Part shown: positions 22,441 through 33,212 of the stretch, in pieces
Position numbering within the stretch: position 1 is the stretch's first letter
Layout: the number at the start of each line of letters is the position of its first letter
DNA from: Acidobacteriota bacterium
Lineage (GTDB): Bacteria; Acidobacteriota; Thermoanaerobaculia; Gp7-AA8
Direction: 5' to 3'
NCBI GenBank assembly: GCA_019244185.1
Contig: JAFATB010000025.1
Location: 32,001 to 96,000, forward strand
DNA: 64,000 nt
The notes under the pieces: generated by a model
Database searches by the model: none
Told to the model about the DNA's origin: nothing
The model's input: the letters and a program-made list of their open reading frames with translations, nothing else
Translations under genes and position numbers: made by a program

Positions 22441-23607
22441 TTAGACGCCGACGGTGGCTTCGACGCCCGCGGCCGCGCGCAGCGCGTCGGCCTTGTCCGT
22501 CTGCTCCCACGAGAACTCCGACTCGTTGCGGCCGAAGTGGCCGTACGCGGCGGTTTTCTTGAAGATCGGACGGCGCAGGTTGAGCGATTCCATGATGCCG
22601 CGCGGCGTCATCTGGAAGTGCTCGCGCACGAGGTCGACGAGGCGCGGCACTTCGACCTTGCCGGTGCCGAACGTGTCGACGTAGACCGACACCGGCTCGG
22701 CGACGCCGATCGCGTACGCGAGCTGCACTTCGACCTCGTCCGCGAGGCCCGCGGCGACGAGGTTCTTGGCGATGTAGCGGGCCATGTAGCACGCCGAGCG
22801 GTCGACCTTCGTGGGGTCTTTGCCCGAGAACGCGCCGCCGCCGTGACGTCCACGGCCGCCGTACGTGTCGACGATGATCTTGCGGCCGGTGAGGCCGGTG
22901 TCGCCCTGCGGCCCGCCGATGACGAAGCGACCGGTCGGGTTGATGTGGAAGACGGTCTTCTCGTCGATCAGCTCACCGGGGACGGCGTGGCGGATGACCT
23001 TGTCGAGGATCGCGTCGTGGAGGTCGCGGTTGCTGACGTTCGGCGAGTGCTGCGTCGAGATGACGATCGCGCTCGCGCGCACGGGGCGCTTGCCCTCGTA
23101 TTCGATCGTGACCTGCGACTTGCCGTCGGGACGGAGGAAGTCGAGCTCACCCGACTTGCGGACGTCCGTCAGCCGGCGCACGAGCTTGTGCGCGAGCGAG
23201 ATCGGCAGCGGCATGAGCTCGGTGGTCTCGCGGACGGCGTAGCCGAACATGAGACCCTGATCGCCGGCGCCGCCGGTGTCGACGCCCTGCGCGATGTCGG
23301 GCGACTGCGGGTCGATCGAGGAAATGACGGCGCAGGTCTCGCTGTCGAAACCGTACTTCGCGCGCGTGTAGCCGATCTCGCGGATGGTGTTGCGGACGAT
23401 CGACGGAAAGTCGACATACGTCTTCGTGGTGATCTCGCCGGAGATCATGGCCAGACCGGTCGTGACGAGCGTCTCACACGCGACGCGGCCGACGGGATCC
23501 TCGGCGAGCACGGCGTCGAGAATCGCATCGGAGATCTGGTCGGCGATCTTGTCCGGATGCCCCTCGGTGACGGATTCCGAGGTGAAAAGGGTCCTGTAAT
23601 TCGGCAT
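22441..23607 (-). CDS. metK: S-adenosylmethionine synthetase
   Basis: [28 protein letters not shown] motifs. Confidence 0.99.
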   Translation of the reverse strand: MPNYRTLFTSESVTEGHPDKIADQISDAILDAVLAEDPVGRVACETLVTTGLAMISGEITTKTYVDFPSIVRNTIREIGYTRAKYGFDSETCAVISSIDPQSPDIAQGVDTGGAGDQGLMFGYAVRETTELMPLPISLAHKLVRRLTDVRKSGELDFLRPDGKSQVTIEYEGKRPVRASAIVISTQHSPNVSNRDLHDAILDKVIRHAVPGELIDEKTVFHINPTGRFVIGGPQGDTGLTGRKIIVDTYGGRGRHGGGAFSGKDPTKVDRSACYMARYIAKNLVAAGLADEVEVQLAYAIGVAEPVSVYVDTFGTGKVEVPRLVDLVREHFQMTPRGIMESLNLRRPIFKKTAAYGHFGRNESEFSWEQTDKADALRAAAGVEATVGV

Positions 23608-23719
23608 GCGTTCAGTGCTCCTGTTGGACGACTTGAGAATCGTGGAATCGTAGCACAGAGCATCGCCCCGGCAGGGCGCGGACGGCGTGCGGCGCTCCGT
23701 TTGCACAGTCCGGCTCGCG

Positions 23720-25441
23720 ATGCTGAAGACCCGCAATCTCGGAACGTACCGAGACCTGCTCCTGCTGTTCACGCGCTACGGCCGGAAGGACTTCCGGATC
23801 GCCCTCAGCCCGGAAGACGTCTTTTCCGCCGAGACGGACGCCGCCGCACCGACCGAGCCGGACGTCCGCGCGCGCGCCGAAGCGTTCGCGAAGGCGCTCA
23901 AGCAGATGGGACCGACCTACGTGAAGTTCGGTCAGCTGCTCTCGACGCGGCCCGACATCGTGCCGCAGGAGTACATCCTCGCGCTCGAGTCGCTGCAGGA
24001 CCAGCTCGAGCCGTTCTCGTTCGCGGAAGTCGAGAAGATCGTCGAAGAGGAGCTCGGCGTCCGCATCTCGAAAGCGTTCGAGTATTTCGATTCCACCCCG
24101 CTCGCGGCCGCGTCGCTCGGCCAGGTGCATCGTGCGGCGCTGCGCCACAGCAACGGCGAGATCCGCGAGGTCGTGGTCAAGGTGCAGCGCCCGAACGTGC
24201 GCGAGCAGGTCCGCCACGATCTCGAAGTCTTCACCGAGATCGCCGCGGAGATGGACAAGCACACCGACGTCGGCCGCAAGATGAACCTCGTCGGCGCGGT
24301 CGAGCAGGCGAAAGTCGTACTGTACGGCGAGCTCAATTACCTGCAGGAAGCGCGCAACACGGAGATCCTGCGCGAGCATCTCGCCGACTTTCCGCAGATC
24401 TACATCCCCGCGGTCATTCACGACTTCAGCTCGCCGCGCGTGCTGACGACGGAGCTCGTGCGCGGGCGCAAGGTCTCGAAGCTCACGCCTCTGGCGATGA
24501 TCGAGAACAACTACGCCGAGCTCGCGTCCGTGCTCACGCAGGCGTATCTCAAGCAGATCTGCGTCGACGGGATGTGGCACAGCGATCCGCATCCCGGCAA
24601 CATCTTCATCCGAGAGAACCCCGAGACCGAAGACGGCGCGCCGCAGGTCGTGCTGCTCGACTTCGGCATGACCAGCCGCATCAGCACGGAGTTTCAGGAC
24701 GAGGTCATCAAGCTGCTGCTTTCGATCTCGTCGAACCGGGGAACGGAGACGGCGGAAGCGTGCATCCGCATGTCGGAGATCCAGGAGCGCTTCGACCCGG
24801 TGAAGTTCACGCGCGAGATCTCGACGATCGTCGCCGCGGTGCACGACGTCAGCGCGAGCGATCTCAACACCGGGCAGCTGATCTTCAACGTCATCACGCT
24901 CGCGAACTCGAACGAGCTGAAGGTGCCGGCCGAGCTGACGATGCTCGCCAAGACGCTGCTGCACCTCGACGCGATCACGAAGAAGCTCGATCCGAACTTC
25001 GATCCGCAGCGCGTGATCCGCGACTACGCGGAGCGGCTGATCAGCCAGAAGCTCGCGCAGAAATTCAATCCGCGTAATTTCTATCCGGCGCTGCTCGACC
25101 TCAATCAGCTCGTGCTCGATCTGCCGCGGCGCACGCGCGAGATCATCGATCTCACGGCCGCGGGCAAGCTCGCCCTGACGATCAAGCTCTCGCAGGCGGA
25201 AGAGTTCCTCGCCGGCATCCACAAGGTCGCGAACCGCATCACCATCGGCGTGGTCATCGCGGCGCTGCTCGTGTCGTCGTCGATGATGATGCGCGTGCCG
25301 AGCCGCTTCACGATCTTCGGCTATCCCGGCCTCGCGGTGTTCGGCTATCTCCTCGCCAGCGCCGCGGCGTTCTACCTGATCCTCTCGACGCTCATCCGCG
25401 ACCGGAAGGATCAGGAGCGCGCAAAAATGAAAAGCAAGTGA
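23720..25441 (+). CDS. ABC1/AarF/UbiB family atypical kinase
   Basis: [44 protein letters not shown] motifs; two C-terminal TMs. Confidence 0.93.
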   Translation: MLKTRNLGTYRDLLLLFTRYGRKDFRIALSPEDVFSAETDAAAPTEPDVRARAEAFAKALKQMGPTYVKFGQLLSTRPDIVPQEYILALESLQDQLEPFSFAEVEKIVEEELGVRISKAFEYFDSTPLAAASLGQVHRAALRHSNGEIREVVVKVQRPNVREQVRHDLEVFTEIAAEMDKHTDVGRKMNLVGAVEQAKVVLYGELNYLQEARNTEILREHLADFPQIYIPAVIHDFSSPRVLTTELVRGRKVSKLTPLAMIENNYAELASVLTQAYLKQICVDGMWHSDPHPGNIFIRENPETEDGAPQVVLLDFGMTSRISTEFQDEVIKLLLSISSNRGTETAEACIRMSEIQERFDPVKFTREISTIVAAVHDVSASDLNTGQLIFNVITLANSNELKVPAELTMLAKTLLHLDAITKKLDPNFDPQRVIRDYAERLISQKLAQKFNPRNFYPALLDLNQLVLDLPRRTREIIDLTAAGKLALTIKLSQAEEFLAGIHKVANRITIGVVIAALLVSSSMMMRVPSRFTIFGYPGLAVFGYLLASAAAFYLILSTLIRDRKDQERAKMKSK

Positions 25442-25574
25442 CGGATGAACATTCGCCCGCTGTCAGGCGTCACAGCATTACGTGTGGTGCGCCTGCATTA
25501 TGGCGATCATGCCTCAGGCGCGTACAATCTCCGCGGCTCCCAGACAATTTACGTTCGGGCCGCGGAGGCGCGTC

Positions 25575-28052
25575 ATGCAGCTGTCCGGCAGGCGGTTTGG
25601 TCACATCCGCGTCGCCGAGCCGATCGGCGAAGGCGGGATGGGCTTGGTGTACGCGGGCTTCGACGAGACGCTGCACCGCCGCGTCGCGGTCAAGGTTCTG
25701 CAGGATGATCAGCGGCTCGATCCGGAGGCACGCGCAAGACTGATCCGCGAGGCGCGGTCGCTGTCGCGGCTCGATCATCCGAACATCTGCCGCATCCACG
25801 ACTACATCGAAGGCGACGAAGCCGATCTGCTCGTTCTCGAGTTCATCGAGGGCAAGACGCTGCATCAGCTCGCGGAGCCGGGCCTCGCGCGCGCGGAGAA
25901 GCTGCGCATCGCCGCCGCCGTCGCGGAAGTGCTCGTCGCCGCACACCGCCGCGGCATCATCCACCGCGATCTCAAGCCGGACAACGTGATGGTCACCGAC
26001 TCGGGTGAAGTGAAGGTGCTCGACTTCGGCCTCGCGCGCTGGACGGAAGACCGCACGCGCTCGCTGCAGATGAACGCCGCGCGGCTGCATGTCGTCGACA
26101 GCAGCGGCACCGACGACGCCGACGCCGGCAGCTCCGGCGACACGGATGCCGCCGACTCCGACCTGACGGTGGTCGGTCTCACGATGGGCACGCCGATGTA
26201 CATGAGTCCCGAGCAGGCGCGCGGCAAGCCGCTGACGCCGGCGAGCGACATGTACTCGTTCGGCCTGCTGCTGCAGGCGCTCTTCACGGGACGCGAGCCG
26301 TACGACGACACGCTCGGCGCACGTCAGGTGATCCTCGAAGCCGCGCAGGGCCGCTCGTTGCCCGTGAAGAACGTGCCGCGCGACATCACGGCGCTGATCC
26401 AGAACCTCAAGCAGCTCGCGCCCACCGATCGGCCGACGGCAGCGGAGACGCTGCGCCGGCTGCGCGAGCTGATTGCGAAGCCGCGCCGCATCGCGCAGCT
26501 CGCTGCCGCGGCGCTGCTCTTCGCGATCGTGGTCGCGGGCGTCGTGAAGTACACGATCGATCTGCGCCGCGAGCGCGCGGCGGCCGTCGCCGCCGAGAAA
26601 CGCGCCACCGCCGCGCAGAACGAGGCCGCGCAACGGCGCGCGCAGGCGGAAGACCTCATCAACTTCATGGTCGGCGATCTGCGCAAGAAGCTCGAGCCGG
26701 TCGGTCGTCTCGACGTGCTCGACGACGTCGGCGCGCGCGCGGTCGCCTACTCCGGCTCGCTGCAGCCGGAGCGGATGTCCGCCGACGAGCTCGCGCGCAA
26801 CGCGAAGGCCCTCAATCAGCTCGGCGACGTGCGCGTCGCGCAGGGACGTCTCGCCGACGCGACCACGATTTTCGCGCGCGCTCTCACACTCGCCTCGGCG
26901 GCCGTGCAGAAGGCGCCGCGCAGCGAGGCCGCGCAGCTCGCGCTGATGAACGCGCACTTCTACGTCGGCGAGGCCGCGCGCCTGCACGGCGACGCGCCGG
27001 CGGCGCTGAAGGAAAACGAGCGCTATCTCGCGACGGCGCAGCGCCTCGTCGCGGACTTTCCGTTCAACGACGACTACCGCATCGAGGAAGCGTACGCACA
27101 CGCGAACGTCGGCACGCTGCTGATGCTGCAGGGCGATTACGCCGGCGCCGGAAAACACTTCGAGGAAACGCTGCGCATCAAGCGCGCGCGGCTCGAACGC
27201 GATCCGTCGAACGTCGAATGGCAGGCCGACCTGGCGAACACGATCAACAAGCTCGGCGTGAACCTGCAGCGCACCGGCAATCTCACCGGCGCGCGGGGGC
27301 AGTTCGAGGAGCAGAAGCGCATCACCGAACAGCTCGTGGCGCGCGCGCCCTCCAACGCGCAGTGGAAGCGCCGTCTCGAGATCAGCCACGCCTACCTCGC
27401 CGCCGCCCTCACGAGCCTCGGCGACCTCGAAGCCTCCCAGCGCGAGACCGAGGCGCAGCTCGCGCTCGAACGCGAGCTCGTGAAGCTCGATCCGCAGAAT
27501 GCCGAATGGCTGCGCGCCCGCGCGCTGACGACGATCCGGCTCGCGGGGCTGCATGCGCGTCGCGGTCTCGCCGCGCAGTCCGCCGCGGAATTCCGCGAAG
27601 GCATCGCTCAGCTCGAAGACGTCGTGCGGCGCGCGCCCGATCGCGTCGCCTATCGTGAAGATCTGGCGGTCGCGCTCGCGCGCGACGCGCGCTTCCGCTT
27701 CAGCCGCGGCGAGACCCGCGAGGCGCGGCAGCAATGGACGCGCGCGTGGTCGCTGCTGGACGTCGCCCAGTCCCGTGAGGTGTCGGCGCTGCAGGACGCG
27801 GCCGGCGTGCTGCTCGACGGCGCGACGCTCGCCGAAGATGCGGCGACGAAAACGCAGCGGCTCGATCGCGCGGCCGCGCTGCTCGACGCGCCGCCGCTCG
27901 CGCGTTCATCGGATCCCGACACCGACGCGCTGCGCGCGCGTCTCTTCGTCGCGCGCGGACGCCGCGACGCCGCCGCGCCGCTCGTCGCGCGGCTGGACGC
28001 GATCGGCTACCACCATCCCGACTACGAGGCGGCCGTACGAGGCGGCCGGTAG
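25575..28052 (+). CDS. Hanks-type Ser/Thr protein kinase with TM segment and TPR-like C-terminus
   Basis: IGEGGMG.VY, VAVK, HRDLKPDN, DFGLA, GTP.YMSPEQ motifs; TM IAQLAAAALLFAIVVAGVV; helical repeats. GGAGG RBS. Confidence 0.95.
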   Translation: MQLSGRRFGHIRVAEPIGEGGMGLVYAGFDETLHRRVAVKVLQDDQRLDPEARARLIREARSLSRLDHPNICRIHDYIEGDEADLLVLEFIEGKTLHQLAEPGLARAEKLRIAAAVAEVLVAAHRRGIIHRDLKPDNVMVTDSGEVKVLDFGLARWTEDRTRSLQMNAARLHVVDSSGTDDADAGSSGDTDAADSDLTVVGLTMGTPMYMSPEQARGKPLTPASDMYSFGLLLQALFTGREPYDDTLGARQVILEAAQGRSLPVKNVPRDITALIQNLKQLAPTDRPTAAETLRRLRELIAKPRRIAQLAAAALLFAIVVAGVVKYTIDLRRERAAAVAAEKRATAAQNEAAQRRAQAEDLINFMVGDLRKKLEPVGRLDVLDDVGARAVAYSGSLQPERMSADELARNAKALNQLGDVRVAQGRLADATTIFARALTLASAAVQKAPRSEAAQLALMNAHFYVGEAARLHGDAPAALKENERYLATAQRLVADFPFNDDYRIEEAYAHANVGTLLMLQGDYAGAGKHFEETLRIKRARLERDPSNVEWQADLANTINKLGVNLQRTGNLTGARGQFEEQKRITEQLVARAPSNAQWKRRLEISHAYLAAALTSLGDLEASQRETEAQLALERELVKLDPQNAEWLRARALTTIRLAGLHARRGLAAQSAAEFREGIAQLEDVVRRAPDRVAYREDLAVALARDARFRFSRGETREARQQWTRAWSLLDVAQSREVSALQDAAGVLLDGATLAEDAATKTQRLDRAAALLDAPPLARSSDPDTDALRARLFVARGRRDAAAPLVARLDAIGYHHPDYEAAVRGGR

Positions 28053-28088
28053 CGCAGAGGAGACCTGCATGCAGAAAGTGAGGAACTC

Positions 28089-28433
28089 ATGACCGTCAAA
28101 AACTATCTCGTCTCCGTCACCTTCAACGAAACGATCAACGGTCCGGTGTGGCTGATCGAGCCCTCGCGGCTCGTCGTCGACGCAGCAGACGCCGCGATCT
28201 ACTTCACCTGGACCTCGCTCACCGCGCCCGATACGAGCATCGCGTTCAGCTGGCAGGTCGTGTCCGCGCCGGTGACGACGCAGACGAGCACCAACCCGTT
28301 CCAGACGGTCGTGACGCTCACGAACGAGGTCACGGAAACGCAGACGCTGGCGTACCGGCTGTGGGCGGACATCGAGCATCTCGTGATCGTGTCGCACGAC
28401 CCCGAGATCGTGCTCGAGCCGCCGCACCCATGA
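28089..28433 (+). CDS. Small beta-rich protein ending DPEIVLEPPHP (DP-EP-like), paralog 1
   Basis: 114-aa ORF with GC3 bias; aligns by eye with 28497-28799. Confidence 0.75.
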   Translation: MTVKNYLVSVTFNETINGPVWLIEPSRLVVDAADAAIYFTWTSLTAPDTSIAFSWQVVSAPVTTQTSTNPFQTVVTLTNEVTETQTLAYRLWADIEHLVIVSHDPEIVLEPPHP

Positions 28434-28496
28434 GGTATCGACGCGGGTCTTCACCGCCGCACTCACGACCGCTGCAAGAACGAGAGGGGCAGAGCC

Positions 28497-28799
28497 ATGG
28501 CCACCGTGTATGAATTCGAAGTCGATCTCGTCGACGATAAAATTAAGGTCACGCCCGATACCCAGAGGATCGACGCCGCCGATGTCGAGTTGCGTTTCAA
28601 CGGATCGGAAATCCTCGTCGAGGATCTGAAGTTCGCGTGGAAGACGTCGCCGGCGCCGGCGGTCACGCAATCCGACGACAACCCGCTCGTCGTGACGTTC
28701 ACGAACGACTTCACCACGGAGACGACCTTGACTTACGAACTCTCCGAGAAATTTGCCTTCAGGAAAGATCCCGAGATCGTGCTCGAGCCGCCGCGCTGA
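28497..28799 (+). CDS. Small beta-rich protein ending DPEIVLEPPR (DP-EP-like), paralog 2
   Basis: 100-aa ORF with GAGGGG RBS; shares the F.W....P...Q...NP...T.TN and DPEIVLEPP pattern with paralog 1. Confidence 0.75.
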   Translation: MATVYEFEVDLVDDKIKVTPDTQRIDAADVELRFNGSEILVEDLKFAWKTSPAPAVTQSDDNPLVVTFTNDFTTETTLTYELSEKFAFRKDPEIVLEPPR

Positions 28800-29405
28800 T
28801 CACATATCGAGATCGTTCAAGCCCTTGTCCGCCGCGATCTCGCGCGGGCGGCTCTCGAAGATGTAGACCGGCGTGCCGACGTCGACCTCATTCCAGAGGA
28901 CGCTCAGCATGTCGTTCGGGAGACGGATGCAGCCGTGCGAGACGCGGCGGCCGATCGACTTCGGGTCGTCCGTGCCGTGGATCATCACGCTCTCGCCGAG
29001 GTCGAGGGCGTACTTGCCCATCTTCCCGCGCTCGAGACGCAGCGGCGAGTCGGCGGGCGGCACGGCCTTCCCTTCCTCGACGAACGCCCAGTCGGGCTTG
29101 TGCCAGACGGGATTGGTGATCTTGCGCAGCACCTGATGCAGGCCGCGCGGCGTGCGGAACCACCAGACGTGGCGGCCCTGCTTGAGCACTTTGTCGGAGC
29201 CGGTCGCGGCCGCGGAGCTGCGGACGAGCTGGCCGTCTTTGAAGAGATACGCGTGATTGGTCGAGACGTCGATGGTGACCAGCGTGCCGGCATGCGGCGC
29301 GTCGGCCGGAAGTCCTTCGATTTCTTCAGCGTGGATGTGCAGCGTCGCGGCGAGCAGCAGCGCCGCGAGCGAGGCGAGCCTGACGTTGGAAAGCTTCAAA
29401 ACCAC
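28800..29405 (-). CDS. L,D-transpeptidase (YkuD family)
   Basis: IHGT...SIG..VSHGCIRL catalytic motif; signal peptide. Confidence 0.92.
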   Translation of the reverse strand: MVLKLSNVRLASLAALLLAATLHIHAEEIEGLPADAPHAGTLVTIDVSTNHAYLFKDGQLVRSSAAATGSDKVLKQGRHVWWFRTPRGLHQVLRKITNPVWHKPDWAFVEEGKAVPPADSPLRLERGKMGKYALDLGESVMIHGTDDPKSIGRRVSHGCIRLPNDMLSVLWNEVDVGTPVYIFESRPREIAADKGLNDLDM

Positions 29406-29486
29406 CCTCCCATTCGCGATTTCACTGCGAATAACTATTGCGAACGGGAGGCCAGCTGAAGGGGCGGGTGGTGTGAGGTGAATTCG

Positions 29487-29564
29487 TGGTGGCCCCGAGA
29501 GGATTCGAACCTCCGACCCACGGTTTAGGAAACCGCTGCTCTATCCGTGCTGAGCTACGGGGCC
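29487..29564 (-). tRNA. tRNA-Arg (anticodon CCT)
   Basis: Cloverleaf: GGCCCCG/CGGGGCC acceptor stem, anticodon loop TTCCTAA, TTCGAAT T-loop, encoded CCA. Confidence 0.97.
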
Positions 29565-29615
29565 AGCGAGTGCGACGCGCCTAACGTCTCGACGCGCGCA
29601 ACGTTAGCACGCGGC

Positions 29616-31688
29616 TCACTTCTTTCGCGTGGCGGTATAGAGGCCGTTCGGCTGGCTGAGCTCGAGCGTGGTCGGGCTGAGACGCGCGCGGAAGCCGGTC
29701 AGTCCTTTGAGATTGAGCCAGCCGTCGATGTCGGGCACGAGCTCGTACGGCGGCTGTCCGGCGATGTTCATGATGACGCGGTTGCCGCGCAGCGAGAGCG
29801 TGATCGCCTGCGGGCCGAGCTCGTATTCGCCGAGAAACTGCGCGAGGTACGCGGGATCGGAGAGACGCGCGTCCGGCTTTTTGTAGAACACGATCGGCGC
29901 GACGCGCGGCTCGAATGACGCCTCGACCGCGTTGATGTTTCCCGCAAAGTCCGTCCAGAAGTTGTACTTCATCCCCTCGAACGTCGGATCCTTCTCGTTG
30001 CGCAGGCCGTTGAAGACGTCGTAGTGCCAGTGTTCGAGCGGCGTCTCGATGCGGTTGTACGTCGCGCGCAAGCCGTCCGCCGTCGCCGCGACGCGCAGCA
30101 CGCCGTAGCCTTCGCTCTCGTAGTCGCCCGCGAAGTCGGCGAGCGCGTGCGACGGCTTCGTGCCGCTCTTCCGCGCCGCGTTCTTCTTCGTCTCCGCGTC
30201 GGCGTCGAGCTGCTTCACCGCGTTGCGCTTCGCGAGCGCGGTGGCGTTCCAGTCGATGGCCGGAAGCTGCAGCATGCGGTCGGCGATGTGATTCGTCAGC
30301 ACGTCGAGGATGCCGGCGTGATCGAGGTTCGCGAGCGTGACGACGGCGATGCCGTCGGCGGGAAAGAGCGTGAGGAGCGACGAAAAGCCGTCGATGTGGC
30401 CGCCGTGATAGACGCGGTTGTGGCCGCGGTAGCTGTCGATGAACCAGCCGAGCGCGTACGACGCGGGCGAGATCTCCGGCGACGGCGGCAGGTCGCCGGT
30501 GGCGATGACGGGCGCGTGCAGCTCGAGCATCGTGGCCGGCTGCACGAGCTGGCGATCGCCGGCGCGGCCGCGTTCGAGATGCAGCAGCGCGTAGCGCGCG
30601 AGCTCGTTCGCGCTGGAGCTGATCTCGCCGACGGGGCCCATGTTCCCGACCTCGCGGAACGGCACCTCTCGCACCACATCGTGCTCTTCGAGATACGGTT
30701 GCGCGTGATCGGGATCCTTCGAGGCCGCGGCGTCGGTGAAGGTGCTGCGCGTCATGCCGAGGGGCGTGAAGATGCGCGTGCGCGCGACGTCCTCCCACGG
30801 TTGGCCGGTGAGCTGCTCGACGAGATAGCCGGCCGCGAGAAACATCAGATTGTTGTATTGAAAGTGCGTCCGAAAGTCTTCGCTCGCGGGAAGATGCGCG
30901 AGGCGCGCGACGATCTCTTTCCGCGTCAGCGTGTCGTTGTTGTACCAGACCAGATCGTGGCGCGGGAGACCGGTGCGATGCGTCACGAGATCGCGCGGCG
31001 TGATGCGCGATGTGAGCGTTTCATCCATCACGCGAAAGTCCGGCAGATACGTGCGCACCGGCTTGTCCCACTCGAGCTTGCCCTCGTCGACGAGCATCCC
31101 CATCAGCAGCGTCGTGAAGCTCTTCGTCACCGAGCCGATCGGCAGCAGCGTGTCGGCGGTCATCGGCAGGGCTTTCTCGACATCCCGTTTGCCGAAGCCC
31201 TGCGCGTAAACGACCTTGCCGTCGGCGACGACGGCGACGGCGAGTCCGGGCGTGTTCCACGAATGTAGCGCGGCGTTTGCGAGCTCGTCGAAGCCGCTGA
31301 GGCGCGCGCTGGGATCCGCTTTCGCGGCGCGGTGCAGCGCGAACGGGAACGTCGCGCCGCTCTGCGTGAACGTGCCGGAGAGCTTGTCGCCGGCGAGCGT
31401 GCCGCGAAACATCGGCGTCCCCGGAATGCCGTCAATCCCGAAGTTCACCGTTTCCCGAACGACGTCCACCGGACGCAGCACGAGCCCCTTGGCGTCCTGC
31501 GCGGGGATGTCGATGTGCCCGCGCCAGCGCCCGCCGCTCGTTTCGAGATCGACGGCGATGACGAGCGGCTGGTTCGGAAGCTCGATCGCTCCTTCCCAGT
31601 GCCCTTCGGGCGTGTCCGCCGCGCGCGCGGGCACGGCGGCGGCGCAGAGGAGCAACAGCGGAATGCAAAGCAGCTGGAGGCGTGACAT
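29616..31688 (-). CDS. Serine hydrolase (class C beta-lactamase-like) with DUF3471-like C-terminal domain
   Basis: S.TK (GSVTKSF), Y.N (YNN), HGG motifs; signal peptide MSRLQLLCIPLLLLC. Confidence 0.9.
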   Translation of the reverse strand: MSRLQLLCIPLLLLCAAAVPARAADTPEGHWEGAIELPNQPLVIAVDLETSGGRWRGHIDIPAQDAKGLVLRPVDVVRETVNFGIDGIPGTPMFRGTLAGDKLSGTFTQSGATFPFALHRAAKADPSARLSGFDELANAALHSWNTPGLAVAVVADGKVVYAQGFGKRDVEKALPMTADTLLPIGSVTKSFTTLLMGMLVDEGKLEWDKPVRTYLPDFRVMDETLTSRITPRDLVTHRTGLPRHDLVWYNNDTLTRKEIVARLAHLPASEDFRTHFQYNNLMFLAAGYLVEQLTGQPWEDVARTRIFTPLGMTRSTFTDAAASKDPDHAQPYLEEHDVVREVPFREVGNMGPVGEISSSANELARYALLHLERGRAGDRQLVQPATMLELHAPVIATGDLPPSPEISPASYALGWFIDSYRGHNRVYHGGHIDGFSSLLTLFPADGIAVVTLANLDHAGILDVLTNHIADRMLQLPAIDWNATALAKRNAVKQLDADAETKKNAARKSGTKPSHALADFAGDYESEGYGVLRVAATADGLRATYNRIETPLEHWHYDVFNGLRNEKDPTFEGMKYNFWTDFAGNINAVEASFEPRVAPIVFYKKPDARLSDPAYLAQFLGEYELGPQAITLSLRGNRVIMNIAGQPPYELVPDIDGWLNLKGLTGFRARLSPTTLELSQPNGLYTATRKK

Positions 31689-31736
31689 GGCCTCATTGTA
31701 CGTGCGCCGAAACCGACCCCATCCCGAGCGCGATTC

Positions 31737-31752
31737 TGGCCTTGCGGTTGCA
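31737..31752 (+). promoter_or_regulatory. Candidate sigma-54 (-24/-12) promoter of the csbD-like gene
   Basis: TGGC-N7-TTGCA with GG-N10-GC spacing. Confidence 0.5.
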
Positions 31753-31778
31753 GTTATTTGGAGCACGGAGGAAACGAT

Positions 31779-32024
31779 ATGAATCGTAACGACCGAACCG
31801 ATGCCGAAGAAGCCGTCGCCAATCAGGCGAGCGGCCTGGGAAATCAGATCAAGGGACGCGTGAAGCAGGCCGTGGGCGACCTCGCCGGCGACCATTCGCT
31901 GCACGCGAGCGGCACCAAGGACCGCATCAAAGGTAAGGTTCAGGAAGCCTACGGCAACCTGAAGGAGAAGGAGTCGGTGCTGGAAGACAACCTCGCCGAC
32001 CTCGACCGCAAGAAAGGCATTTGA
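31779..32024 (+). CDS. CsbD-family general stress protein
   Basis: G..NQIKG.VKQAVG.L.GD..L.A.G..D..KGK.QE.YG pattern; GGAGG RBS. Confidence 0.88.
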   Translation: MNRNDRTDAEEAVANQASGLGNQIKGRVKQAVGDLAGDHSLHASGTKDRIKGKVQEAYGNLKEKESVLEDNLADLDRKKGI

Positions 32025-32046
32025 CGCGACTTACGTACAACAGGCG

Positions 32047-32081
32047 CAACGGCGGGCGCACGACGCCCGCCGTTGTTTTTT
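32047..32081 (+). terminator. Intrinsic terminator after the csbD-like gene
   Basis: CAACGGCGGGCG/CGCCCGCCGTTG stem followed by T6. Confidence 0.9.
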
Positions 32082-32098
32082 GCTAACCTCCCCGCTCA

Positions 32099-32755
32099 GT
32101 GCAACTCTGGACGGCGTTTTTACATACGGGTTGGGTGGGGCGGACCGTCCTGGCCATCCTTCTTCTGTTCTCGATCCTCTCGTGGGCGATCATGCTCGCC
32201 GTCTGGCAGCGGTTCCGCCGCTCGCAGCGCGCCTCGCGCAAGTTCATGAGCATCTTCCGCAAAGCGAAGCGCCTGGCCGACGTCCAGTCCGCCCTCGGCC
32301 CTCTCGCACACGCGTCGCTGGTCGGCCTCTTTCGCGCCGGCTACGCGGAGATCGAGGCGCAGATCGCGCACGCCGAAGGGCGGCAGACCGTGCGATCGCT
32401 CGACAGCGTCGAACGCTCGCTCGTGCGCGCGTCGCGCATCGAGACCGCGCGGCTCTCGCGCTTCGTGCCGTTTCTCGCCACGACCGCGTCCGCAACGCCG
32501 TTCATCGGTCTCTTCGGAACGGTCTGGGGCATCATGGAAGCGTTCGGGCAGATCGGCGCGACCGGCTCGACGTCGATCACCGCGGTCGCTCCCGGCATCA
32601 GCGAGGCGCTCATCAACACCGCGGCGGGACTCTTCGCCGCGATCCCGGCGCTCCTCGCCTACAACCTCTGCGTGCAGAAGCTGCGCGGCGCGCGCGGCGA
32701 GATGGAAGACTTCACGCTCGAGTTCCTGAATCTCACCGAGCGTAATTTCACGTGA
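32099..32755 (+). CDS. tolQ: TolQ (MotA/TolQ/ExbB)
   Basis: [13 protein letters not shown] and VAPGISEAL motifs; tol-pal context. Confidence 0.93.
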   Translation: MQLWTAFLHTGWVGRTVLAILLLFSILSWAIMLAVWQRFRRSQRASRKFMSIFRKAKRLADVQSALGPLAHASLVGLFRAGYAEIEAQIAHAEGRQTVRSLDSVERSLVRASRIETARLSRFVPFLATTASATPFIGLFGTVWGIMEAFGQIGATGSTSITAVAPGISEALINTAAGLFAAIPALLAYNLCVQKLRGARGEMEDFTLEFLNLTERNFT

Positions 32756-32774
32756 GCTCCCGCGTCTAACGATC

Positions 32775-33192
<418 letters not shown>

Positions 33193-33212
<20 letters not shown>

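Noticed and set aside
23608-23719. SAM riboswitch upstream of metK
   Set aside because: The short divergent intergenic region has no SAM-I/II consensus that I can recognise; an Rfam scan would settle it.
29487-29564. tRNA-Arg as an integration site of a genomic island containing the kinase/DP genes
   Set aside because: I saw no duplicated tRNA 3' end and no integrase in the window; this was checked by eye only.
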